From: a virus
Taxonomy: Duplodnaviria > Caudoviricetes
DNA: 64,000 nucleotides
Strand: one strand, 5' to 3'
Virus record (IMG/VR): IMGVR_UViG_3300033121_001921
Span: 1 to 64,000 of that record
Made by a program: the position numbers and the translations under genes. The notes beneath the pieces are model-generated. The model was not told where the DNA came from and ran no database searches. It saw only the letters and a program-made list of their open reading frames with translations. This document shows, piece after piece, positions 53,106-62,351 of this stretch (within the stretch, counting starts at the first letter, position 1; every line of letters begins with the position of its first letter).

Positions 53106-53681
53106 CTAATTTCCATTTATATTAAGGTATTCCTTTACTTTCATCAACATAAATTCAGTTATAAGATCTGAAGAAATAATAGAGTTAATATATTTAAGAT
53201 CAACTTTTACTGATTTGCTCAATTCTTCAGCTTTGGAACCATCACCAGAAGCGACTATTTCATGGTAGTCCCTTTCAGTTAGAGTTATTATTGCTGGATG
53301 GTATTTTGCTGAATTGGATTTAGAAATATAGACTGGTGTCATAAATTCAATGTTAAAATCAGGACTTATAACTATTCCAGCCTCCTCTTCTATTTCTCTT
53401 AGAATTGCAGTTTGTGGAGTTTCCCCAACTTCTATAGATCCAGATATTACGGTGATATGGTACTCTTGCCCATCTACATACTTAAAAGTTGGAATGTATT
53501 CTTGTCTTATTATTATCTGATTCATTTCTATTAAATAGATAATACAGACAACATAGTCTGGCTCTTTTATTATAGACCAATCCTCAAATTGAATTAATTT
53601 CAAATGATCATCTGAATATAAAACATTCTCATCTTCATCAGGAATGTCAGATTTTGGTTTCAATCTAGAAAATTTGTCCAT
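53106..53681 (-). CDS. NUDIX hydrolase
   Basis: Nudix box GSIEVGETPQTAILREIEEEAG. Confidence 0.88.
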   Translation of the reverse strand: MDKFSRLKPKSDIPDEDENVLYSDDHLKLIQFEDWSIIKEPDYVVCIIYLIEMNQIIIRQEYIPTFKYVDGQEYHITVISGSIEVGETPQTAILREIEEEAGIVISPDFNIEFMTPVYISKSNSAKYHPAIITLTERDYHEIVASGDGSKAEELSKSVKVDLKYINSIISSDLITEFMLMKVKEYLNINGN

Positions 53682-53701
53682 GAGGTATATATAAATATAA
53701 A

Positions 53702-53947
53702 TTAGGACTTTCGTTTCCCATCTCTAAATGCTGATTGAGTCTTGTTAGAAAAATCAACCACGTCTTGTAAACTCATATTCCATTTACGAACATATCCTTC
53801 AATTGCACCAATCAAATCTGATAACTCACATAATTGCAAAATTCCATCATTTTGCTCGTAGGCATCTTCAAGTTCTTGATATTCCTCCTTTATTTTAGAA
53901 AATTCTCCGTACTTACCTTTCTTTATTTCTGTTTTATGATATCCCAT
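53702..53947 (-). CDS. small MazG-like fold protein
   Basis: KIKEEYQELEDA...ELSDLIGA acidic helix pattern. Confidence 0.55.
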   Translation of the reverse strand: MGYHKTEIKKGKYGEFSKIKEEYQELEDAYEQNDGILQLCELSDLIGAIEGYVRKWNMSLQDVVDFSNKTQSAFRDGKRKS

Positions 53948-54188
53948 GTAGCATTTGTATTTTTACCAACCTCAATAGTATTTTTATATAGTCATTGTGT
54001 GATTTAAATGAATCATCAATTACTATTCTATATAATTGAATACTATCTGTTTTGCGTATTAAAATTCTAGCAAATCCAAATTCATTCATTTCTTCAAGAA
54101 TATCTAAAAAGACATCATTCTTTTCTCTAGTATAAAATTTTAATATTTCATATGGATCACTTTTATCAACTTCCAAGGCGTAGATCAT
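53934..54188 (-). CDS. hypothetical protein
   Basis: 84 aa; C-terminal LRLVKIQML. Confidence 0.55.
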   Translation of the reverse strand: MIYALEVDKSDPYEILKFYTREKNDVFLDILEEMNEFGFARILIRKTDSIQLYRIVIDDSFKSHNDYIKILLRLVKIQMLHGIS

Positions 54189-54201
54189 AATATATAATAC
54201 T

Positions 54202-54543
54202 ATGGAGTTACAATATGTTTTTGTCTACGGCGTTTTTAGAGACGCTTATAATAATCTACTAGGTGAGTCTGTTTATTGTTGCAATTCATTTGTTTATGGT
54301 AAAATGTATAGAGTTAGTGAATTTTATCCAGGATTTAAGAGATCCGATTGTAGTGATCGAGTTTACGGTGATGTTTATCTAATAGATCCATCAATTTTAG
54401 AAACATTAGATGAATTTGAAGGCGAAGAATACGAGAGAAAGAAAATATGGACCTCAATGGGAGAGGAATGTTGGATATATGAATATAAATATCCAATAGA
54501 TCAATTCGAGGAAATTACAGCAGGTGATTGGATTTTGAGATAA
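54202..54543 (+). CDS. gamma-glutamylcyclotransferase (AIG2/GGCT-like)
   Basis: VFVYGVFR, YPG, VYGDVY and LDEFEG motifs. Confidence 0.8.
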   Translation: MELQYVFVYGVFRDAYNNLLGESVYCCNSFVYGKMYRVSEFYPGFKRSDCSDRVYGDVYLIDPSILETLDEFEGEEYERKKIWTSMGEECWIYEYKYPIDQFEEITAGDWILR

Positions 54544-54592
54544 TTTTCGATAGCTAAGTTCCATAATAATTGGAATGATTGATTAGAAAAGA

Positions 54593-55339
54593 CTAAGGAG
54601 TATGATGATTCTTTCTGAGTATCTCTTTCTCGTAATACTCTTCAAATCCAGATAAAAGATCATTCATACCTGGAGACTTATTTAGTCCTATGATTTCATC
54701 TACCAATCCAAATTCTAAAGCTTCTTGTGAATTAAACCACTTGTCCCATCTAGATGATTCTAACATTTCATCAAATGTTTTTCCACAATTTTTAGCCAGT
54801 AATTTGAATAGAATATAATTGTATTTTTCGGCCTCTAGTTGCCCAATTCTTGTTGATTGCACATTACCCTCTATCCCATGCGATACCATATGAGTCATAA
54901 TTTTAGAGAAAATCAATGAAGATCTTTTTCCTTTAGCCCCAGATGATAATAAAATTGATCCCATTGACGCACACATTCCTATATTTATAGTTGCAACGTC
55001 CGAAGAGATATAATTCATTAGATCCACAATTCCTAAGCCATGTAGTACAGAACCACCAGGTGAATTTATATGGAGCGTTATATCCTTTTTAGGATCAACC
55101 GAATCTAGAAAAAGCAATTGAGCTTGAATAATATCAGACATATGCTGGTTTACAACTCCTGAAACCCAAATTATTCTATCTCTAAGAAGTCTACTGAATA
55201 CATCCATCTGAGTTACTCTTAATTCTCTTTCTTCTAAAATGTATGGTGTTAATCCATTTTCAATATGATAGTTTATTGAATCACCATTTATATTGAGATG
55301 TCTGGTTGCATATTTGCAAAATTCTTTTGAATTGTCCAT
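54593..55339 (-). CDS. clpP: ATP-dependent Clp protease proteolytic subunit
   Basis: DVFSRLLRDRII, INSPGG, CASMGS (Ser), IMTH (His), EALEFGLVD. Confidence 0.92.
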   Translation of the reverse strand: MDNSKEFCKYATRHLNINGDSINYHIENGLTPYILEERELRVTQMDVFSRLLRDRIIWVSGVVNQHMSDIIQAQLLFLDSVDPKKDITLHINSPGGSVLHGLGIVDLMNYISSDVATINIGMCASMGSILLSSGAKGKRSSLIFSKIMTHMVSHGIEGNVQSTRIGQLEAEKYNYILFKLLAKNCGKTFDEMLESSRWDKWFNSQEALEFGLVDEIIGLNKSPGMNDLLSGFEEYYEKEILRKNHHTP

Positions 55340-55417
55340 TATAAATTTATTTGTTCATTCTATCTTTTATGAAATGGTTTGTTTAGAAGCAATTTTCTTG
55401 GAAAGATATACGATAAA

Positions 55418-55570
55418 TCATATTCTTTGTTTTAATAAATTAATTATACTTTTTACATCCCCAGACTCAACCTCATGAAATTGAATATTATTTTCTCTTA
55501 TCAAATTGTAATAAGAATTATCTACTTCTTTTGCTTGTTCTAAATTTTGAACCCTACCATCCGGTCTGTA
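55418..55570 (-). pseudogene. C-terminal remnant of a NadR/AAA_28-like kinase
   Basis: YRPDGRVQNLEQAKEVDNSYYNLIRENNIQFHEV resembles the lid of AAA_28 kinases; no P-loop or start upstream. Confidence 0.5.
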
Positions 55571-55600
55571 GGAGGCGCAAAAACAAATCAAAAAAATATA

Positions 55601-55607
55601 ATATATA
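55601..55607 (+). promoter_or_regulatory. ATATATA box (putative phage late promoter)
   Basis: 4 nt before the ATG; equivalent boxes at 4763, 22100, 33251, 35122, 41197, 42159, 44958, 50068, 54190 and 56016, plus many on the minus strand. Confidence 0.6.
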
Positions 55608-55611
55608 AGTC

Positions 55612-55953
55612 ATGAAATAGATTGATACAAAATTAATTATTATCACAAGGGAAGATATATCCGATGGATATAAAGTTGTTCAATCCGCCCATTCTATTGC
55701 AGATTTTGCTCACCAACATCCTGAAAAATTTAATGATTGGAAAAATACATCCAATTCTATAATCTGCCTCTCTTGTAAGTCAGAAGAACATCTTTTAGAT
55801 CTCCATAAAAAGTGGAGTAAACGGACTCCGTGTTCAATATTTTTTGAACCCGATATAGATCAGTTTACTTCACTTTGTCTTTTTGGTGCCCCTGAAATAA
55901 GAAAATCATTTTCAAATTTACCCCTAGCTCTAAAAAAACAAATAACCCAATGA
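55612..55953 (+). CDS. Pth2-like peptidyl-tRNA hydrolase with an in-frame TAG at codon 3 (not in the ORF track)
   Basis: MK*IDTKLIIITREDISDGYKVVQSAHS...WKNTSNSIICL..EEHLLDL...FEPDIDQFTSLCLFG...LPL; matches the Pth2 layout (IVVRxDL..G...Q..HA; W; L...L; D..T..G; LxL). Confidence 0.7.
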
Positions 55954-56030
55954 ATAGACTCGCCGTAGTAGATGAAGTTAGATTACAAAGAATTCAATAT
56001 CGTTTAAAATATGTTATATATACTTTATGA
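55950..56030 (+). CDS. 26-aa ORF coupled to the Pth2-like gene
   Basis: ATGA overlap on both sides; MNRLAVVDEVRLQRIQYRLKYVIYTL. Confidence 0.3.
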   Translation: MNRLAVVDEVRLQRIQYRLKYVIYTL

Positions 56031-56959
56031 AAAATAACATTGAATTAAAAAATTATAACAAAAGTGGAATCTATAAAATAGAAAACATTGAAAATGGATT
56101 TGTTTATATAGGAAGTGCATACAATTTTTATAACAGATATAGAGTTCATAAATCAAGATTATCCAGAGGAAAACATGATAATTATCATTTACAAAAATCA
56201 TATAATAAATATGGTGTTGAAAAATTTGAATTCAGTATTGTTGAAATAGTAGACAATATTGATAATATCTATGATATAGAAAAATTTTACATAAATAAGT
56301 TCTTTGGTACTAAATGTTATAATATTAACACCGAAACACAACCCCACATTAATCTCATTTCTTGGAATGATTCTAGAGAAAAAGAATTTTCTTTAATTTC
56401 CCCAGATGGAGAATTAAGATTTTTTAAGGGGTATGTAAGAGCCGGAAAAGAATTGGGAATACTACCATCAGGAATAAGACAAGTTGTAATTGGTAAAATA
56501 AAAAGCTATAAGGGATGGAGAACAATAGATAATAAAGACTATGATTATAAAAATTATAGAAAAATAAAAAATAAAGGGGCTAAATTACATGATATTAAAT
56601 TATTATCTCCAAGCGGAGAAATAATTGGCCCAATATTTAATATTGAAGAATTTGCAAGATTAAATAACATACATCCATCGATAATATTTAATATTATCGC
56701 AAAAAGAACAAGATATTCTAATGGATGGTCTCTTTACGAAGGAAGTATCAAGAAACCGATAGAAAAAAATGCAAAATTATATGATATTTGCCTTATTTCA
56801 CCATCAGGTGAAGTATTTGATGGTATAGAAAATCTTGCAAAATTTTGCAGAGAAAACAATGTCCAAATAGCAAGCATAAGAAAGCTTATAAAAGGAACCA
56901 TCAAAAGAAAATCTTATAAAGGATGGAAATTAAAAGAAAATCACCATGTCAAAAATTGA
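56027..56959 (+). CDS. GIY-YIG homing endonuclease with three C-terminal repeats
   Basis: SGIYKIEN..FVYIGSA..R..H; repeated SP(D/S)GE...GW units. Confidence 0.88.
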   Translation: MKNNIELKNYNKSGIYKIENIENGFVYIGSAYNFYNRYRVHKSRLSRGKHDNYHLQKSYNKYGVEKFEFSIVEIVDNIDNIYDIEKFYINKFFGTKCYNINTETQPHINLISWNDSREKEFSLISPDGELRFFKGYVRAGKELGILPSGIRQVVIGKIKSYKGWRTIDNKDYDYKNYRKIKNKGAKLHDIKLLSPSGEIIGPIFNIEEFARLNNIHPSIIFNIIAKRTRYSNGWSLYEGSIKKPIEKNAKLYDICLISPSGEVFDGIENLAKFCRENNVQIASIRKLIKGTIKRKSYKGWKLKENHHVKN

Positions 56960-57452
56960 ATTACGAATAATTAAATTCCTGAATAGAATTCTTAAGAAAT
57001 TCAACAAGCAAATATCCATTAATGGAAAATACTACCTTATAGAAGAGGGAAGAATTCATTACGAATGTGTGTATTGTCAAAGGGATCAAATAGCTCTTCC
57101 GGATTTTAAGTATAAAAAATATTCATACGAGTTGCAAAAACTACCACAGATTACATCACAAGATATAACTATTTCAGATGATGAATTATACGAAATTTAT
57201 GGATGGGCCATAGAAACAAGATCCACAATAAGTGTAGATGAAGATGAAAATCCCCAATGGAGAAATGCCAAACCACATAAGATATACTCGTCTAGAGAAA
57301 CGGCGTTGGATTCAATAATCCAACTAAAATCAACCGAAGACCCATGGACCAAAAGATACTACTCATATGAATATCGAGTTAAACCCATCTATCACATTTC
57401 ATCAACAGAAGGAATGCGAAACGTTCTAATCAATAAAATCTTAAACAAATAA
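56946..57452 (+). CDS. hypothetical protein
   Basis: 168 aa; ends MRNVLINKILNK. Confidence 0.65.
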   Translation: MSKIELRIIKFLNRILKKFNKQISINGKYYLIEEGRIHYECVYCQRDQIALPDFKYKKYSYELQKLPQITSQDITISDDELYEIYGWAIETRSTISVDEDENPQWRNAKPHKIYSSRETALDSIIQLKSTEDPWTKRYYSYEYRVKPIYHISSTEGMRNVLINKILNK

Positions 57453-57462
57453 ACCAAAAACA

Positions 57463-57870
57463 ATGAAAACAAAAGAACAAAACAAGCAAGAAGTCGTTAA
57501 TTATCTAACCAAGTGCTCTCAACACATTTTCGTTAAGGGATGGGAAGAATGGAGGCAAATTTTTCTTAAGCAAAAAGAAATAACAGAATTTGTTAAAATA
57601 CTTGTTAAAGAAGATGGATTTGAAATTTACTCATTTGGAAAAATTAGAAAACTCACTAACAAAGACATTGATGACTTGGTTGAGAATTTCAAATCAAATG
57701 CAAAAAATCAAATCAAAATGACAACATTTGTTAATCAATATGTAAACGGCCCAAGGCTTTGTGCAGTCAAAAGCAATAGATACGTCAAAGAGCAGGTAGA
57801 TAAAATTCTTAATCAAAGAGAGGATCCGTCCAAAAAAGAATCTACTATATCTAAAATTTTCAAATTCTAA
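57463..57870 (+). CDS. hypothetical protein
   Basis: 135 aa. Confidence 0.65.
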   Translation: MKTKEQNKQEVVNYLTKCSQHIFVKGWEEWRQIFLKQKEITEFVKILVKEDGFEIYSFGKIRKLTNKDIDDLVENFKSNAKNQIKMTTFVNQYVNGPRLCAVKSNRYVKEQVDKILNQREDPSKKESTISKIFKF

Positions 57871-57877
57871 ATATTTT

Positions 57878-57907
57878 GGTGGAGGAGGTGGAGGAGGTGG
57901 AGGAGGA
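57878..57907 (+). repeat. intergenic (GGT GGA GGA)n tract
   Basis: ggtggaggaggtggaggaggtggaggagga, 30 nt, in an otherwise very AT-rich region. Confidence 0.9.
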
Positions 57908-57946
57908 GAAAGTGCATGTATTAATATATACTGAAAGATAATCAGT

Positions 57947-59029
57947 ATGATAGTATCAAAATCTGCAGAAGTCACAATAAATCCATCAAATTATAAGCAT
58001 TACGCTAGATTTTATCCAAGCATTAATTTTAGGGATAAAGTCTTTGTTAATATTTCCGAATTAACCAAATCATCATCATGTATTATCAAAGCTTCTTGTG
58101 ACTTCTGTAAATTTGAAAAAGATATAACATATAAAGCATATTGCGCCCAAACAAAATCCATAGATTATTATTCTTGTTCCAAGAAAGATTGCGTTAGTAA
58201 GAAAATTAAACTAGTATCTCAACTAAGATATGGTGTAGATAATCCATCTAAATCAGAAAATATTAAGGAAAAAATAAGAAATGTAATCAAAGAAAGATAT
58301 AGAGTTGATAATGTTATGCATCTTGAATCATTCAAAGAAAAACAGAAAAAATCTATACGTAATAGATACGGGGTTGATAATCCATTTCAGTCTGAAGAAA
58401 TTAAAGATAGAATAAAAGCAAAAAATTTAGAAAAATATGGAAATGAAATATCATCAAAATCCCCAATAATTAAAGAAAGAGTAATTATAAACAATAACAA
58501 AAAATATGGAGTTAATTATCCGCAACAACTGGAAGAAATTAAAGATAAAATAAAATCCACCAATTTAGAACGATATGGATATGAATCGGCATCATCCTCT
58601 ATTGAGATAAGGAATAAAATAAAATCAACCAATTTAGAACGATATGGTGTCCCCAATTACTCCCAATCAAACGAATTTTGGCATAAATTTAAAAGCTCAA
58701 TTGCTTGGAAAAAACACAATGGGCAAAATTATCAAACCTCATATGAGCTAGATTTTTTAATACATTGTGAATCAAAAAATATTACATTATCATCGAATAT
58801 ACCAAGGATAAAATATAATCTAAATGAAGAAGATCATTATTACTTCCCCGATTTTTACATAGAATCCATAAATTTATTAATAGAGATAAAATCTTACTAT
58901 TGGTGGAAAAAGCTGGAAGATAAAAACATTCAAAAAATTGAATCATCCAAACTACTAGGATATAATCACATATTGATAATGGAAAAAGATTATTCTGAAT
59001 TTGACAAACTTATACAATCGATTTTATAA
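57947..59029 (+). CDS. KYG-repeat PD-(D/E)XK (TnsA-like) putative homing endonuclease
   Basis: CDFC zinc motif, NLERYG repeats, YQTSYELDF..YFPDFY..EIKS. Confidence 0.8.
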   Translation: MIVSKSAEVTINPSNYKHYARFYPSINFRDKVFVNISELTKSSSCIIKASCDFCKFEKDITYKAYCAQTKSIDYYSCSKKDCVSKKIKLVSQLRYGVDNPSKSENIKEKIRNVIKERYRVDNVMHLESFKEKQKKSIRNRYGVDNPFQSEEIKDRIKAKNLEKYGNEISSKSPIIKERVIINNNKKYGVNYPQQLEEIKDKIKSTNLERYGYESASSSIEIRNKIKSTNLERYGVPNYSQSNEFWHKFKSSIAWKKHNGQNYQTSYELDFLIHCESKNITLSSNIPRIKYNLNEEDHYYFPDFYIESINLLIEIKSYYWWKKLEDKNIQKIESSKLLGYNHILIMEKDYSEFDKLIQSIL

Positions 59030-59037
59030 AATTTTAT

Positions 59038-59595
59038 ATGAGATCAAAATTAGTTAGCTTTATTGGTGCACCCGCATCAGGAAAGTCAACGTTGGCAACA
59101 GATGCCCACACAGAGCTAAAAAAATTAGGAAAGAATTCCATCTACATTTCGGAATCAGCTACGGACTTCATTGCAGAATACGGAATACCAGATACTCCAG
59201 TAGATCAAATAACAATATTTTATAAACAAACCAATAGAGAAAAAATGTTTATTGGTACAAAGGAGTATATAATATGTGATTCCAGTGGAATCTTGAATTA
59301 TTTCTATTTTAGAAAACTATTTAAGACACCCCTATCCAACAAGGACATAGCAACGATAAATCACCTTCAAAAAGAGATACTCAAAACATTGAACCATTGG
59401 GATTTTATATTTTATCTACCACCCATGTTGGGAAATACGGAAGATGGTATAAGATATCAAAACAAAGATGAAATAATAAAAATAGATAGATGGATAAAAT
59501 CCTACCTTGAAATGGAATCAATTCCTCACATAGATTTAAGTAGTATTGATGTTAGTAAGAGGCAAGAATTTGTTATAAAAACCATATTACAATGA
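59038..59595 (+). CDS. P-loop kinase (NadR/AAA_28-like)
   Basis: Walker A GAPASGKST; ICDS; GIRYQ lid. Confidence 0.8.
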   Translation: MRSKLVSFIGAPASGKSTLATDAHTELKKLGKNSIYISESATDFIAEYGIPDTPVDQITIFYKQTNREKMFIGTKEYIICDSSGILNYFYFRKLFKTPLSNKDIATINHLQKEILKTLNHWDFIFYLPPMLGNTEDGIRYQNKDEIIKIDRWIKSYLEMESIPHIDLSSIDVSKRQEFVIKTILQ

Positions 59596-59849
59596 ACTAC
59601 CTTAAAAAGGGAGATTATGTTAGAATTAAAGATGATTGTGATATCTTCAACCACATAAAAAACACAACTGGTCGAGTAATAAACATTACAAGCAGCGGAT
59701 ATATAGTTGAATGTATTTTCAAAAATCCATATCCTGATTTCTATAACATCCCCTATGAGTACATTTCAATAATACCCTACACTCTAAGAAAAATAAGAGA
59801 AAGAAAAATAGATCGCATAATAGATGATAAATCTGAATATAGTAACTAG
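59592..59849 (+). CDS. small SH3/KOW-like protein with RERKIDRII
   Basis: LKKGDYVRIK..TTGRVI. Confidence 0.6.
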   Translation: MNYLKKGDYVRIKDDCDIFNHIKNTTGRVINITSSGYIVECIFKNPYPDFYNIPYEYISIIPYTLRKIRERKIDRIIDDKSEYSN

Positions 59850-61731
59850 ATGCACTAGACTTAAATACATCAATGATGTAAAAAATTCCATATTTAATAC
59901 CGATAAATTCGAAATAACTTGGTGGCTAATATTCGATACTAGAAATCTAAAAGAAATAGATGCTGATTTTTTGGAATCCCTACAATCAGTAAATTGCAAA
60001 ACTCTATTCTATAAGGGAGAAGATGGGGACTTTGGCCACCAATTGGTAAATAAAGTATTTGACCAAATATCAGATGGATTTGTCTATATGTTGGATGACG
60101 ATAATATAATACATGAGGACTTTTATGAAAATATCCACGAGTCTATAATAAAAAATCCAGAAAAAAGAGGATTTATATTTTCACAGAAAGTTGGAGGAAG
60201 AGATTTTAGCGGATTAGATGTGAGAATGGGATCTCCAGAAAATACCAAGGTGAGTCATATAGATATGGCCCAATTTATTTTAAGGAGGGATCTAATAAGA
60301 TCATATAGAATAGATCCTATGAATTATATAGCTGATAGCATTTTTATAGAAAAAATCTACACAGAAAATAAGGATGACTTTTTTTTCATAAATAAAATCC
60401 TCTGTCATTATAACTATCTTAGTAAGGATAGTGGATGGGTATCATCTCCACGTATATTATACATAGGCGAAGACATACCTGTATTAAAATCAATTGCATA
60501 CGAGAATCTAGGAGAGAGCGATCACTTAAAAGTGGAGTATAGAACAGATGATTCTGATCTACAAAACATACTTAATAACTTCAATCCAAATGCCATAGTG
60601 GTAGTTGGTGATCCAAATAATGGTAGAAATGTAATTTCTCAGCCTCCAGATATAAGAAGGAGGGCAATTCATTTCGACAAATCTTCCTCTTCAATTGGTG
60701 AATCTGCCTATCAAGTGGCGATGAACTGGATTTTAGACCACAATAGAAGAGATACGGTGTCATATTTCACCCCAATTTATAATACGGGAGAAAAGCTAAG
60801 ACTAACATATCAATCTCTACAAAACCAAACCTGGAACAATTGGGAATGGGTTATTGTTAATGATTCAACAGATGATGGCAAAACTCTAAAAATAGCAGAG
60901 GAATTAGCATCAAATGATAATCGTATAAAACTATATGATTTTAGAAAAAAATCCGGGGGAGTTGTTGGTGAATCAAAGTACAGAGCTGCAACACTATGTA
61001 GCGGAGAAATACTTGGAGAGGTCGATCATGATGACTATCTAATGCCAAACTGCACAGAGATGCTATTGAAAGCATCAGAAAAGCATCCACAGGCTGGATT
61101 CTTCTATACCGACTGTGTAGAGCTAACTTCAAATTGGGAATCTCCGAAATTTTATGGAGAAGGATTTGGATTAGGATATGGAAAATATAAAGAAGAGATG
61201 CATTTTGGAAGAATGATGAATGTGGCTGAGTCATTTAATATAAATCCAAAAACAATAAGGCACATTGTGGGTGTACCTAATCACATCCGAGCTTGGAGAA
61301 GAAAAGATTATATGAGAATAGGAGGCCACAATAGAAATCTAACAATAGCAGATGATTTTGAGTTGGTTATTAGAACATTCTTAGAAACAATATTTGTTAG
61401 AATCCCAAAGCTTGGGTATTTGCAATTTATTCATGAAAACGGATCAAATACACATAAACAATCCATATATGATATCCAGAGAAGAGTAAGAACTATATCA
61501 AACTATTACAATCTACGAATAAAAGAAAGGTTTCATGAATTAGGAGTAAATGATTGGGCATTTCAAGAAAATCCCCATTATCCGCTCCTAACTCCAAGTA
61601 GGTTTGGTGATAAAGAGGAAAAGGTTAATCTTATTTATGAAGAAGAATCTGGACTAAAACAGGAATTTATGTCAAATACACCCCCTCAATCTGCTGATCC
61701 ACTAAATTCAGAATTAGAATATATGATTTGA
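59824..61731 (+). CDS. two-domain GT-A (family 2) glycosyltransferase
   Basis: YMLDDDNII DxD motif; TPIYNT, VNDSTDDG, EVDHDD and ADDFEL motifs in the second domain. Confidence 0.88.
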   Translation: MINLNIVTRCTRLKYINDVKNSIFNTDKFEITWWLIFDTRNLKEIDADFLESLQSVNCKTLFYKGEDGDFGHQLVNKVFDQISDGFVYMLDDDNIIHEDFYENIHESIIKNPEKRGFIFSQKVGGRDFSGLDVRMGSPENTKVSHIDMAQFILRRDLIRSYRIDPMNYIADSIFIEKIYTENKDDFFFINKILCHYNYLSKDSGWVSSPRILYIGEDIPVLKSIAYENLGESDHLKVEYRTDDSDLQNILNNFNPNAIVVVGDPNNGRNVISQPPDIRRRAIHFDKSSSSIGESAYQVAMNWILDHNRRDTVSYFTPIYNTGEKLRLTYQSLQNQTWNNWEWVIVNDSTDDGKTLKIAEELASNDNRIKLYDFRKKSGGVVGESKYRAATLCSGEILGEVDHDDYLMPNCTEMLLKASEKHPQAGFFYTDCVELTSNWESPKFYGEGFGLGYGKYKEEMHFGRMMNVAESFNINPKTIRHIVGVPNHIRAWRRKDYMRIGGHNRNLTIADDFELVIRTFLETIFVRIPKLGYLQFIHENGSNTHKQSIYDIQRRVRTISNYYNLRIKERFHELGVNDWAFQENPHYPLLTPSRFGDKEEKVNLIYEEESGLKQEFMSNTPPQSADPLNSELEYMI

Positions 61732-62276
61732 TTTATTCTCCAATCTCTTAAATTCGTGAAGTGATTTTTAAAGTGTCCCTCTTCATATTCAGATTCTGAG
61801 ATACCATATTTCATATCTCCGGGTTTGTCCCTGTTAATAACATAATATTTATCACCGTGAATAAAGTATGAATAAATTACACCTCGGAAAAATTTTGCCC
61901 TATGGTAGAAGGATCCAAAGATAGTGTCTTTAATACAAATGCAATGAGTTTTTTGGACCTTAACGGGCTTTGCTCCCGAATTTCTACCATAGGTGAAATT
62001 ATGATCTCCCACAGATGGAAGAATTGAATTCATTTTTTCAATCCTCACAACGTGTTTTATCTTTTTGTTTAATTCGCCCTTTATATTATTGACAGTTTTG
62101 GAAAACTGAACCTCATTTTTGCCTATCTCCCTAGCAAATTTTTCCGGAGAGAATCTCATGAATTCTTTAAGAAGCAAATATTCAGCACTATCAGACCTCT
62201 CGGGATTTAAAGTCCTTAAATAGTCCACGTATCTCTGTAAATCAGGAAGCGTTGATATGCTGGTCAGAACTCTCAC
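61686..62276 (-). CDS. hypothetical protein
   Basis: 196 aa; RIEKMNSIL and LRDWRINQII motifs; TATATTTG at 62281. Confidence 0.65.
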   Translation of the reverse strand: MRVLTSISTLPDLQRYVDYLRTLNPERSDSAEYLLLKEFMRFSPEKFAREIGKNEVQFSKTVNNIKGELNKKIKHVVRIEKMNSILPSVGDHNFTYGRNSGAKPVKVQKTHCICIKDTIFGSFYHRAKFFRGVIYSYFIHGDKYYVINRDKPGDMKYGISESEYEEGHFKNHFTNLRDWRINQIIYSNSEFSGSAD

Positions 62277-62351
62277 TACACAAATATATTAAAAATGATC
62301 GAATGCAGACTTTTTTCGCAATGACAATATAAATTAAAAATTATATCTATA

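Noticed and set aside
58550-58650. Direct repeat aaaataaaatc(c/a)accaatttagaacgatatgg
   Set aside because: It is a coding duplication of KIKSTNLERYG units within the endonuclease, not a CRISPR or att site.
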